From the NCBI RefSeq assembly GCF_009914755.1, contig NC_060926.1: a DNA stretch of 64,000 nt, one strand, 5' to 3'. Positions 1-13,094 of this stretch are shown here, in pieces. The notes beneath the pieces were generated by a model, which was not told the DNA's origin, did not search any database, and saw only the letters and a program-made list of their open reading frames with translations. The DNA is from the human T2T-CHM13v2.0 reference genome, Homo sapiens. Made by a program: the position numbers and the translations under genes. Positions within the stretch are counted from its first letter, which is position 1. The number at the start of each line of letters is the position of its first letter.

Positions 1-107
1 ACTTAAGTTCTTTGAGTTTCAGTTTTCCTATAAAAATGTAATCAGCATGTTTCTGGACCTTTCCAGTCTGTGGCAATAAAATGAAGTGACACTTTCCTTT
101 AATGCCT

Positions 108-500
108 CTATTAGGCAGGATTCTTCTGATTGTAAGAGACGGATATCCAGTTTAAATTAGCTTAGGAAAAAGGATTATTGGCTTTGGTGATCAAACCACA
201 GGAAGTGCTGGATTGTGTCTAGATCTCAGCAGTAATTATCATTTGTCACTCATTACATTTATCCTCAGTTATTTTCTGTGATTTAGATTCATTGTCCCCC
301 AGGGATTTTTCTTCTGGTGAGAGACATGGTCTCCACTTGCTCTAAAACTTTAAATTTCCTCCATCAGAGAGGTTTGGAGACTAGGTATGTCTCCTACCAA
401 GTTGAAGAATCCAGGGAAAGAGCACTGATACTGATTGGTACACATGGGATCAGATGCCCATCCCTGAACCAATAAAGTCTGACTGAATGAAAGGTTAGGT
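108..500 (-). mobile_element. Old MaLR LTR (MLT1K/L-like)
   Basis: Characteristic tattaggcaggattctt...tgtaagagac...gcttaggaaaaagg...attggct and gcccatccctgaaccaat blocks. Confidence 0.6.
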
Positions 501-1575
501 GTGACATTTTCTAGAAGGAAAGGACTGATCTTCATGATTGGCAAAACAATACATTTTCAGTATGAGATCCAAAATATTACTACAAATTTTCATCCCATAG
601 ATAGGGTAGTTACATTTTTTTCTGCTGGTTTCCTTCACTGAGTTAATGTGTGAGACTACCAAAAGAATTTTAGTATCTTCCATTAATCTGTCTTATTGGT
701 TCTTTATGCACCCTTCCAGTTGTCCACACTCTCAATCATTGTTATTCCAGAGATACAGTGATGATTAAAGACAGTCTCATAATTGTCCAAGCTGTTTCCT
801 CATATTAATTTGTTCACATGTGGTATCACGTGTCAGGGCAAGCTCAATTCCCACCAAAGAGAATCTATAGGAATCCTGGACCCAGAGTCCTAAATCCTCA
901 ACTATTATTTCAGAGAAACTCCTTTTCATGCCCACTCCAAAGCCTGCCCCAGGATGGCTAACAGAATTCTTTCAGAGGAATTCTCATCCACACCCACAGG
1001 TATGGTTGAATCTCCATTACTCAGACAAGAAAATGGAAATATTGAACATTATACTTCTAAAACTCTGTGTTATTTATTCATAAATAACACTATGTGGCTA
1101 ATATGAATGGATATGTAGGACATCTTTCTCTTGTTCTAGGACATCTTTCTCTTGTTCTAGCAGGGCACAGTCAGGCTAAAGATGAATTCAGTTTACATTG
1201 TTTAAACATTACACATCTGAATCTTCAACACCAATATTCATATTTATCGTGACTTCACAGATTTCTTCATGAAGATTCTCTCAAAATATGTCTTATTCTT
1301 AAGAACAGCAACTGATGGAAACCCCCCTGTGCTAGTTTTATAAAATGAAGAAGGCCAAATTAAGTTTTTCTTCACCAGCCATATCAATGAAGTCAGTAAT
1401 AATATCTTGTTTGGGTAATCAAAATAGATACCATATGGGTAGTCTTTAAAGTGTTCTATTTTTGTGGTATGGGTAAGTTGTGGTGGTTATGTATTGTAGA
1501 AGCAATTTATCAGATGAGACTCTTGACTGTGCCTGTGATTTATCATCTATTATAGTTCCATAGAGTTAAGGTGGC

Positions 1576-1740
1576 ATTCATTCATTTATTCATTTAACTG
1601 ATTTTTTCAGGCTTTCATTCACTTATTGAAAAATTTTATTGAATTCCTATTATGCATTCAGCAGCATGATAGACCCTGGGAAAACAGGGAACAAGACAGA
1701 TTTAGTCTATACTATCATAGAACATAGACGGTAGTGGAAT
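1576..1740 (-). mobile_element. L2 3' end fragment
   Basis: (CATT)n tail, then tttattgaattcctatt...gaacaagacaga. Confidence 0.65.
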
Positions 1741-2559
1741 CTTTTGAATGAAGCCCCAAATCACTATCTGTTTTTCCTCTTGGTGGAAAAACACACCTAA
1801 AAATTCTTCCATGCTTTCATGAAGAGAGCTGCATTGTTGTTATCCCTGATGTCCTGACCTGACTCTGGGAATTATACTTAGTTTACCATAATGGTTCGTT
1901 CATTCATTCAGCTGAATGGCATTCTTTGCTTCCTTTCTCCAGCAGATCTATGTCTACCAGACCACAGGAATTAACATTTCATGGTGAGAGAACTGATACC
2001 ATGATACAGTTTAAAAATATTTGTGTCCTTCTTATGTAATCAGGCATTTTAATAAAGGAAATAACTCCTATTTATTGCTGATTACACCACTAAACTCTTT
2101 TCCCAGTGGATGTTCTAGTGGAAAAAAAATGATTTGCTGCTAAAAATGATTTGCTGTTTATTTTGTACATGTTCTTGAAGTATTTTGAGACATTATTGTT
2201 ATGCTGTTGTAATTTGACTTGAATGAGTCCAATAGTAATTGTTATATTAACTTGCTATTCACAGGGAAGTAAAAAGAAACACAAATAGGATATGGTGAAA
2301 CAACCTGAGAAAACAAGATAATCTACATATTTTCATTTTACTTGTGTAGATTGCAAAGTAAACAATAACTAATTTCTTTTTCTGAGCCCATTTCTCCCTC
2401 TACCTCCTGCCCTAATTCTTTGTTCCTCTTTTCCAATCTTCTGGAGTACAATTGTTGATACTCCAATTTCTCTCATCCTATTGTTTCTTAAATTGTCCTC
2501 TCTCACTCTGTTGAACTGCTCTTGTGAAAGTCCACAACAACTTTTTTGTTTCTACATAT

Positions 2560-3180
2560 AAGTTCTCAGTACTCATCTGTCTCAGGCAATGGAAATGCCA
2601 TCCTTCAACTTTCTCAGACCAAAAACCTTGGCATCATCCTTGATTTCTCTTTTTCTCCTTTATCCCACATTGCATCCTTCAGCAAATACGGTTGGCTGTA
2701 CCTGCAGAAACACATCCACAATTCTACCATTTCTCACCTGCTTCAGGTCTTTACCATTTCTTGCTTTTTACTGGTTTCTCTGCTTCCTCCCTTACTCTGC
2801 TCTGTCTATTCTTACTTGTTCTCCTTGTCTGGAAAACTGATTCAACCATATAGCTTCATTGCCCACTACTTCACTTCCCTCAGATCTTTACTCAGATGTC
2901 ACCACAGCAAGTTTTTCTCTGGCTACCTTAATTAACATCGGAAGTAGGGACCCTCCTTTTTCTCCTTTCTTACCTTGTATTTCTTCATTGCACTTATCAT
3001 CATCTCACATGTTATATGTTTTGCTCATATGCCTATTTATTCTTTGACTGCCTCATTTCCCTTCCTCCAACTAGTATTTTTGAATGTTTTATTTCCCTAC
3101 TATATCCCCAGTTCCCAGGACAGTGAGTATGAAGTATCTGGCACATAAAAAGTGCTTAAATAATAATTTTTTGAATAAAA
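2560..3180 (+). mobile_element. L2 (L2a-like) 3' portion
   Basis: caaaaaccttggcatcatccttgatttctct motif and terminal tggcacata...aaataa...ttgaataaa. Confidence 0.75.
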
Positions 3181-4461
3181 ATAAATTTTATTTTAATGAG
3201 GATAATTTTTTTCATTGAGTCAGTAATAGTCTGAATAGGTTTGCTTTCTATAGACCTGGTTTACTGGGGGAGAATATCATGCTTTTAGATTCAACTGTAA
3301 TTTTAAAATAAAAATGACATATTAAAACAATAAAGTATTAATCTTACAATCACTCTTTCTTGCTTTGTGTGATTTTAATTTACTTAGATTAAATAGCACA
3401 TTTCAGTTTTAGATCTTCCTTTTTATTAATGTGAGAATTGTTTTGGAATGCCATAGCACAGACTGAGCTCTTGATCTTACAAATTCTTCTATAGACACCA
3501 GAGTCAAGTGGAGCAGTGACATATTGGGGTATGATAACTGCTCACTTGTTAACTCAGCTGTTCCTCATTTTTTCTATATTATTCTGTGTCTCTTTTGCTG
3601 AATTATATTTTTTGAGGGCTAGTAGACCTATCTTTGTGATTACCCCTGCTTTAGGCCTTAAAAGTATTGAATTTCTTGAGAAAGCTCTGTTGTTCTCTCT
3701 TAATATCTTTAAAGTGGAAAGGAAATATTACCAAGAGAAGCCCCTTTTGACAATTTAAGTGAATGAGAACCTTAATGCTAAGAAGTAGACTATTAGATTA
3801 GCATGTAGGAGAATCCTGACTGAGATTGTGGCAAGCAGTGCCATCAGACAGATGCCAAAGGACAAAGGCTTCTTCCAAACCCACTTTTTGTCACATTTTG
3901 TTTTCCTGGAGCTAACACTGCCAGTGAGTCCCAATAGCTCTTCAACAGGAGTCAAAATTGTACATGAACATAGAAATCATGAATAGCTCCTCATAATATG
4001 TGGATGATATTTGTGTCAGTAAAGAAGTATTTTAGTACATATATAGCCCTATTGAGTCTTGCTCTAAAGGATATGGCAGTTTTCTAGGAAAATTGAAATA
4101 GACAATAGTACATTAACATAGATTTATACAAATAAAAATCATAAGAATAGGTTGTAAGAATACTTATAAAGGGTTTGGACGTTTGATTTATTGGAAAAAA
4201 TATTTTTAGACTCACAAACTGTGACCCAAGAATGGTTGAAACCAAAATTTGGGATAATTAGTGCATCAATACAAAGTCAGAAATCCTTTTAATGTTGGTG
4301 TTTCCTTAGAAATCCATCATTGTGTTATTCTAACTCTATATAACCTCTTAAAGAAACACCATCCATACTTAGAATTTCTCCTGGTCCCAAATCCGTATTT
4401 CCAACTCTTTTCTGACAATCTGCATTTGGACATTCTAGCCTTCTCAATCTCAATTAAACAA

Positions 4462-4700
4462 TGATAATAGCCACAATTTGTTGAGGGATTACCATTTTGC
4501 TAGGCAGTATTCTAAATGCTTTATTTGCATTAGTTGATTTAACCATCAGAACAATTCTAAGTTGGTTCTTTTATTATCTTAGTTTTATAGATAAAGAAAC
4601 AGTCTTCAGGAGTCACTTAATATCCTTGTGACTTGCCCAAGGTCACATGGATATTAAGTGATATTTCTGAGTGCAAAGCCTATGTTCTTAACCACTGTGA
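4462..4700 (-). mobile_element. MIR SINE
   Basis: MIR core ttttatagataaagaaacag...gtgacttgcccaaggtcaca. Confidence 0.8.
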
Positions 4701-4779
4701 TTACTTTTAAAATATAATTCTTCAGGTGTTCTCTCAAATTGCTTCTTTTACTGTTTTTTTTTTTATTTGTGTGTATTGT

Positions 4780-5330
4780 TTAACAGCACCACTATCCATC
4801 AAGCCAAAAACCTAGACATATTTCTCTTCCTCATTCACTGCATCTGAATAGTCAGCAATTCACATCTACTTTTCCTCCTATATCTCTTGGGACCATTTCC
4901 TTTTATCCCTCCTCACTACAGCTTCATAGCTCAGGCTTTTGTCCTCTTTTATTAGCTTACTAACTAGTCTCCCTGTCACCTACCTTGCCCCAACATTTTT
5001 CATGTTATAGCTTAAGTGACCTTTCTAACTGTTTAAGATCTTTAAAGAACTTCCCTATCACCTATAAAATAAAGCCAATCTCCTGAGTATGGCAAATACG
5101 GAATTTTGTAATCTGGTCCTTACCCTCATGTTCATCCTTCATTCCTGCCACATCCTTTGATATATCCAGTGTTTCAGTTATAGACAACTTTTTATAGTTC
5201 TTGAGCAAGCTATTCTTCCTTTCCGGAATACTTCTATTCTTCCCTATAATCCATTTTATACATTTATTACAGTAGTTATCATATGAACTATTAAATAAAT
5301 GTTTGTCTTTTTCCACTTCCAAGTACTATC
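4780..5330 (+). mobile_element. L2 fragment
   Basis: aagccaaaaacctagac...tagtctccctg...aaataaagccaatctcctgagtatggca motifs. Confidence 0.6.
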
Positions 5331-5770
5331 TTTTACACTAAGTCAGAATTTATTGGAATTTTGTGAATTGTCTTCTCTGAAGGAGAGACAGTGGCAGACT
5401 TGGAGAAAGCAGTGTTATGTCTTATTTGGCCAAAGAAAGACTAAAACCACCTGGCTCAGGAGATTACCACCGTAGGATTTCTCACCCTGACACAGTAGTT
5501 ATCAGCCCAATTATTTTCTGTTAAGAAATGGGATCCTATGCATCTTCCTCAGTGTTTTCTGAATGAGCTGGAAGAAGCCTAAACATGAGGCAGCATTTAC
5601 ATGAATCATTGTTGATAGAAATACTTTATTTCTGGCTTGACAAGTTTCATTCTTTTAAAAATGTCTGGCCATAGTACCAACACTGAGTTTGGATCTGGTG
5701 TTCTTATTCTTCTTTGTGGTAATTAGAATTGGAGAAAACATTTCACTGGCAACCTTTACAAGTTAGAGAT

Positions 5771-6012
5771 CAGTTATAGCATGATGCAAAAAGTAAGTGC
5801 GTTGGAGGCAGATAGCCTGGGTTGGGATTTCTGCTGCTTATAGCTGTGTGAAGTTCAGCAAGTTATTTAACTTCACTCAGCTTCAGTTTCTTCATATATA
5901 AATGGAGGTAAAATGCATACTTCTCAGGGTTGATATGAGTGGTAAATTAAATAATTATATAAAAGATTTGGCACATACCTGACATGTAATAAACACTAAG
6001 TAAATGGTAGGT
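5771..6012 (+). mobile_element. MIR SINE
   Basis: tagctgtgtga...gcaagttatttaacttc...cttcagtttcttcat core, with a taaatggtag end. Confidence 0.8.
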
Positions 6013-6189
6013 TTCATTTTTAAACAGTGGATGGCACATTGTCCTAATAATCCTAATATAGTGTTACATGTTTTCTTCTAAATAATTGTAAATATTTAAG
6101 CCAAGTGTGTGTGTTTTTCTTTTGAGGAAGAGTTGTAGTTAGAGAATGGAAAATATGTATATCAAATTTGGAATAGGTGATGCATAGGC

Positions 6190-6335
6190 ACTTCTATCAG
6201 AATATCTTGTGAAAAATACAGAATCCTTATCCTCACCCCAATTTACTAGGTTAGGATCTTTGGATATGGGACCTAGGAATAAAAAATTTTCAGAAGCATC
6301 TAAGGTTATTCTAAAACACCTCAGGTTATTCTGAT
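6190..6335. mobile_element. MER5-family (hAT-Charlie) fragment
   Basis: atcagaatatctt...aaaaatacaga...gggacctaggaat...caggttattctga. Confidence 0.55.
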
Positions 6336-6354
6336 AAACTCTTCTGTATGTTTT

Positions 6355-6815
6355 AAAGTTTATCTCAGATATGATGTCCATTGGGAAGTCTTCTCTAATA
6401 TCCCCTATAAAATAAAACCAATCTCCTGAGTATGGCAAATACGGAATTTTGTAATCTGGTCCTTGCCCTCATGTTCATCCTTCTTTCCTGCCACATCCTT
6501 TGATATATCCAGTGTTTCAGTTACAGACAACTTTTTATAGTTCTTGAACATGCTATTCTTCCTTTCTGGAATACTTTTATTCTTCCCTATAATCCATTTT
6601 ATATCTTTATACCTCCACCCTAGTCTGGAACAGGTGCCCCTTCTATTTCTGTCACATACCTGTCATATTTAAGGTATATGTCTTGGACATGTCTGATTGT
6701 TTGTCTCCCTTCCAGACTATCAGATCCCTGGGGCAGGGACTTTGCCTTTCTAGTGCCTTGCATAGTACTGAGCCCATAGGAGGTATTCAGTAAATATATA
6801 TCAAATGAATAAACA
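6355..6815 (+). mobile_element. L2 3' end, interrupted by a 200-bp copied segment at 6404-6603
   Basis: gggaagtcttctct|...|ccctagtctgg...tgtctccc...gggcagggact...taggaggtattcagtaaata...aatgaataaa. Confidence 0.65.
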
Positions 6816-7619
6816 AGTTTTTGTGCATCTTCCTGGATGTATGAGATTATGTTTCTGAAAAGTATCATTTAATTCAAACACATATGGAAATCAATTTTCT
6901 CAGAGAAATAAAAGCAAATTTCAGTTATTTTGTTTTTTACTATTTTATTAATATTGAATTAAGATAATATTTTTAAAATCTTAATTAAGTTTCCCCATAC
7001 ATTTATTTAAGTGCCTTGTATTTCTTCATTTAGTCATTGGTTTTTCATATTTCAGGATGTATCCATCCTGAATGGATGCAGCAGACAATCTGGCTTTAAG
7101 TTTCAGAAGCCTTAATCTAGTTGGACACAGTTTCCAAATGATAGCATTGTGAGAAAAGATGAAGAGCCAGGCTGTCCATATCAAAAGATTCTCCAGAATG
7201 GAGGAAAGGAAGAATTGGAAGTAGTAAGAACTTCATGTGTCAATGTGTAACCTTAAGAAAGGGCTATGTGCTTTTTCCACTAACTGAGCCCTAGTTTGGG
7301 TTTTGGAAGAGAGAAAATAACAGGTAATTCAGTTAGGTTTACAGAATTTGAAAGAAAAGACAACTTGTGTCCCATTCCTGATTAGAGGGTTTGAAAGTTT
7401 CTCTCATTCCTGATGCAGGCTGGGAGAAGTAGGATAGACATATTCGTATAGTAATAAAGGATCAAATCTAAGAGGTTATTTGGGTATCATATTTTTCTAG
7501 TAAGGACTTTCATTTCCTATATGCAACATAATTCCATTGCTTTAAATGTGATGGAAATAATAAATATAAAAGAATATCATTCCCCACTCCCAGAATTGTT
7601 AAAAGAAGTCTATAATGAA

Positions 7620-7725
7620 ACATGCTGAAATGTTAACAGTGACCATCTCTGGTTGGTGGGATTATGAATGACTGTCATTTGCATCTTTATACTGCTCTGA
7701 ATTTTGAAAAGTTTCCATAATGAAA
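7620..7725 (+). mobile_element. L1ME 3' terminal fragment
   Basis: aaatgttaacagtgaccatctctgg...gtgggattatg motif. Confidence 0.55.
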
Positions 7726-9369
7726 GGGCTTTTTCACTTGGGTTTGCCATTACTCATCCTTTAGTTTATGTTTCATCTCCCTGATTTACAAACTCATTAG
7801 TTGGGATTATGTCCCTATTTGATACTCCTTTAATATTTTGGACAGCTCATTGTCTTATCACCACAGTACATTGAAATAATCACCTGTTTCCTATTCTAGA
7901 GAGTCGGGGATCCTATTTTATTTATCTTTGTACTATCACATAGTACAAAATCTGTGCTTAATCTTTGTTAAATTGACTAATTAAAAAAAGGTCTACATAA
8001 GATTATTTTATGTTTTGCCCAAATTACAGCTTCAGATAAGATTTTTTCTCTGTTAGGAAAAAAAGCCCTTTACATAAATAATATGTAAACACATGTGAAT
8101 TGTGGAAGAATCTGAAAATTTCGGCAAAATGAAAAAAATTCAGGTTCTTAGGTAATATAAGACCATGTAAAATGCATCTGAACACTCTTTGTTCACTAAT
8201 AGTTTGGTTGCTTATGATGAAGCTGAGAAATTGCTATAGGTACATTTTGATTTTTTCTTATATTTTTCCTATATGACATTTGCCATCTTTCTTTGACAGA
8301 CAGAGTGCAAACTCAATAATAAACACAAAGATTTTTCTTGTTTGTTGTCATTTGAGAATGTATACTAAAATTTACACATAGAACACTGTGAATAATGATT
8401 ATTTTAGCGTAATTCTTCATAACTTGGGATACAAAAGGACACGTTAAGGATTAGATACAAGATTAACTCTGTAAGTGTGATATTGATTATTTTCAAGTTA
8501 GGGATAGAAATGATACATTCAGGATCATTTAATAAAGGCAGTGATAATTAGGCTTAAAGGCTGATAATTGGAGAAGTAATAAGTTGAGGCATGCATATAT
8601 TTCTTGTTTATATAACAAGCAAAGGAAAATTAGGTCTTTCCATAGAAACAAGTCCCCTAAGGATTTTAAATCTCTGGGGTAAGGGTGAGAAAAATGCTAT
8701 TAAAAGTTAGTCATTTTGTCTTCTGGTCTACCTCTGATTTTTGCAGAATTTTTTAAAATTTAAATAGCACTTTGCTGAATGATGTTATCTTTGTTCTCTT
8801 CTAAATTATCTCTTTGAGTCCAGGGGCTATGTCTTATTATTTGTTTCTGTATAGTTGCTAGCACATGGTAGGTACTCAAATTTTTATTGAATTGAGTTAA
8901 ATTAAATTAAGGTGCTGCCCTCTAGAACTCAGTCTAGATAGTAGGCCTTCTATGAGTTTCCCTGTAGGAGGCAATTGGGACAAAGAGTGAAAATCAGGTC
9001 TTTGTTCCAATCTTCAGAAGTGGAAAAACCAGTCATGAACTAAGAGAAGTGGGACTAAGAGAGTTTTTTAAATGTGGACATTAGCCCAATGTTGGAATGG
9101 GCGCCCTAATTACTTATTTTATATATTCCTTTTCATAGTTGATGACTGGAGTCACTATGGGGTTGGAGTCCAAGAACATCTGTAAAAACGTAGTGTCATT
9201 TGACACCTTTAAATTTTAGTATTATACAAAGAAGTTCCTTATGATATGCCAGGTTTTAGAATGGGCATTCTTACCCTTTTTCTTAATGGTTAAGTGCCAC
9301 CATTTTTAAGCTGTCAAGAAAGCATTTTTGGTATTTCTTGGGTTGGTCAAATTCAACAAAATACTTTTG

Positions 9370-9831
9370 TACTGACCCTTGAACAACAGAGGTTTGAGCT
9401 GCATGGATCCACTTATATGTAGATTTTCTTCTACCTCTGCCACCCCTGAGACAGCAAGACCAATCTTCCTCTTCCTTCTCTTCCTCAGCCTATTCAAAGT
9501 GAAGATGATGAGGATGAGGACTTTATGATGATCCACTTTCACTTAACGAACAGTAAGTATATTTTCTCTTCTTTATGATTTGCTTAACACTTTCTTTTTT
9601 CTAGCTTACTTTATTGTAAGTATATAAAACATATAACATATAAAATATCTGTTAATTGACTATTTCTGTTATTATTAAGGCTTCCGGTCAACAGTATTGT
9701 AGTTAAGTTTGGGGGTAGTCAAAAGTTATACACAGATTTTCAACTGCTCAGAGGATTGGTCCCTCTAACCCCTCCATTACTAGTAGTTTTAATACAAACT
9801 TTAGTCAACTGTATTTGGCAAGGGTCAACTG
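9370..9831 (+). mobile_element. Tigger2a (MER28) non-autonomous TcMar-Tigger DNA transposon
   Basis: TIRs tgacccttgaacaac / caagggtcaactg followed by TA. Internal gccacccctgagacagcaagacc and tttatgatgatccactt blocks. Confidence 0.88.
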
Positions 9832-12479
9832 TATTTGACAAATCTTCATAATAATGCTTTAAGTTGTTGAGAACATTTGTATAGGTCTCAAGGGATAAGA
9901 GATACAAAGGAATGAAACATAAATAAATGACGTAAATATATGCATTTTCGTATGTGAAAAATAGTAATTTTTTGAAATATCATTCTTGAACTGGTAATAT
10001 TACCACTAACATAGTATTACTGTTCAGACTATATTTCTGAACTCAATGCAACCTAAAATTTAGTTATTTTATGTTAAAAAGGGCCAAAGCAAAGAACTTT
10101 GAGAGCTAAGCCAGAAACTCAATACCACCAGGACTGAAAGTGTTTTCTTGAAATATCAGTGTTGGCAATACCTTTAGAATCCAGTGTTTTCTTCCAATAC
10201 AATCAATACTAGATGGTCTTTTCTCTAAGATAAAAATTATATTAATGTGCATATCTTAACACCAGGGGCTTAAAATAGCAAAAGGAGGTAGGAACTGAAA
10301 GTACATTGAATCCACGCTGATTTGCTTACTTAAGGGATTAGTAAAATTTGAGGTCAGCAAGAGTCCGAAGATACAGGAGAGATCAAGGAAGGAAGCACAC
10401 CATGGTGGCTGTATTCCTTTCCTACTGGTCACAACATGGGCAGCTGGACAGGAAGGTGGCTCTTCTGTTTAGTACTTTCTGTTATTCCTCTGTCTATACA
10501 GTTGGCTTGTGGCCGATCCCTACTTTTATTTCATTCTTCAGAGAGGAAAATTCCACTTTAATATTGCTGTGCATGACAGGAAGTAGCATAGTACTTCACA
10601 CATAGTAGGACTGACTGAGTGAAAATCAGACTATTGTCTCATTCCAGTAGGGTGTCTGGAACATTTAGTTCCTTGGATAAATTCAGTCTTGCAATACTTT
10701 AATGTGATGATTGAAATCATTGCTGTCAAATTGTACTAATAGAATCTCATTGGATTTCTAAATAGGAGCAGGCTAAACAGGAACCTATTTTTATAATCTC
10801 AGATCCAAGGAAACTTTACTGTAGTGGAAAGATCTCCAGACTGGCAGAAATATAAAATTTACCTGGGAGTATTTTTCAAAAAGTATATCCTCACCTACTT
10901 CTTCTCCTCACCCCCACCAAGGACATATCAGAATCTCCAAGGCAGGTAATATGTAGTTGAGAAAAAGTTGTTCATGCAATTTGTATTTCCTGTTCCCATC
11001 TGTTTCTCTTCACTTTCTGAATTTGAAAATCAATGGAGAAGTTGAGCTGTAAAATTCTATGATTTTGTTAGTAAAAATTCCACTACCTACTGATGGTTTT
11101 CTTCCTAGGAGTTATTAGTTTTATACATATCTTCTTCATTGGGACTTATTTAGTATGTGGATGTATTCTGTCAGGTCATTGGCATTAATTTTCGTATATT
11201 CTATTAGATAGGTAGCAGATTAAATGAGGATCATTTTCTCCACTTTGTTGTGCTAGGCTAGTATTTGACATCTTGGATCAGAGAACTTTAGATACATAGG
11301 CTTTCTTGATCTTTAGAAGTAGACTGTCTGCTGTTGCAACCCTGGCTGAGTCCTATTATATTGGCAGAAATAGTAGCTCTGTCATATCGTAAGCACTCAA
11401 GCAATGGTTGTTCCAGAAAAGTACCTTTGTAGTTTAATAATATACATTTTAAGAAAATATTGATAAAAAGTAATTTTAAATACAATTTTACTTTTATTTT
11501 GGCTTTTGGAATTAAGGGCCAGACTTTTTCTTAGTTATATTTAAATTAACTTTGAAGAAATGTCAGTGGAACAACATAGGCTTCTCAATGGGATAGAAAC
11601 AATCTTTCTAAAGTGAAGTTATTATTTTTATTATAACAAATTGTTTGTGATTGTTGATTATGGTCATTTGAATGAGAAGGTAGCTTTTATTCATCAGTCT
11701 GTGGTAGAAAATCAAATTGACCCCAATATCAGTAAATTCCCAGTCAGATATCTTGTTATTTAAACCCTTGGTATCAACTCAGTATGCTATGCAGAAAGTA
11801 GCCACTTAAATATATTAATCATTAGGGTTTTAAAATAAATGTTTTCTTATAAAAATAATAAAAGCTTGTTGTAAAGAATTGTATTGAGAAGGAAAGCAGA
11901 TAAAAGTTATCGATAATTCTACCTGCAATGAGCATTATGGAAAATTTTGGTGTATTGCTTAAAATAATTTAATATTCATTCCTGCTTATTAAAGGTTTTA
12001 GAATCTGGTAAAATTATTCTTATTTAAGACAAACTATGTTAATAATTTTTAGTCACCCTCTTTTAATCCCTGAAAGTTCTTTATTACTCTTCATTTGTAA
12101 CCTCCATACACTTAGTCTGGAGTTCAGTGATATATGGGCTTCATTACTTAAAATACTCTAGATCTATAATCAGTTTTAGGAAATATGTGTAGTCACTTGA
12201 TGATCCTCACCAACTACTTCTTCCTACAAAAGAGCATGTCTTTTCTTCTGTGGATTATTTAAATAATCCCCTACCCCTATTTTGTTGAGACTTTTAGGCA
12301 AAGGGATATATGCTTGGGCTATTCTTGTCAGATTCATTGTCTTTTCAAAGTGCTTTAGTATCCTGATCATTCCTACTATCAAAATATTTTCTTTCTCTGT
12401 CATTTTTGTTGGGAAATCATAGAAAAACATATACTTTATTTTTAATAATGTGTGACTTACCTAAGTTTTTCACTTTTAA

Positions 12480-13094
12480 AATACTGCAAATATCTGTCCA
12501 ATCCTTACTGAGTCAACAGTGACTTAAATGCTTGATTTTGTTGTCGTTGGTGGTGAATAGTTCAGCCTCACTAAGACATGCTAATATTAAAGTCATCTTA
12601 TCTGTTTTAAAAGCCCCCAGGTACTCAGAGCGGAACACCTAGTAAACCTTATTTACATCATCTTGCTTGAATTATGTCTCCTATAGGGTTCTGAGAATGA
12701 AGCGAGTACCTCAAAGTGTCAAAATCAGACTGATCTGGTTGGAGGCCAACTTGGACTAGTCTATATGAAAAGTGAGCATCTTAGGTGAGATTTTTAATGC
12801 CCATTAGACTTGTAGCATTGCTTGCTGTATTTTATACTAGTAGCCAGGTGTGGGCAGTGATACAGGGCTTGGGGGATCTCTCTTACCGGCCCAGGGATCC
12901 AAGGCATTCAGTGCAAAACCTGGCCAGCAGCCCGAGTGAGTAGGAGCCATGTGACTCTGGTGAGTTGGAGTGTGCAATTGCCTCCTGCTTCAGAGCTACC
13001 TGATCCGAATACTAAGCAGAGCGAGTGCCGGGCTGAGTGTAAGACACTGAAGACACTGCAGAGCAAGGTGCTTATTCCAGAGGCGTTACAAAAC
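12480..13094 (+). promoter_or_regulatory. SLC4A10: Proximal promoter and 5' UTR of the SLC4A10 MEIK exon (exact TSS not determinable from sequence)
   Basis: Non-repetitive sequence. GC and CpG content rise from ~12880 (roughly 14 CpGs in 12880-13330, against a CpG-depleted background). CCAAT at 12498 and AP-1 TGAGTCA at 12509-12515. Confidence 0.7.
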
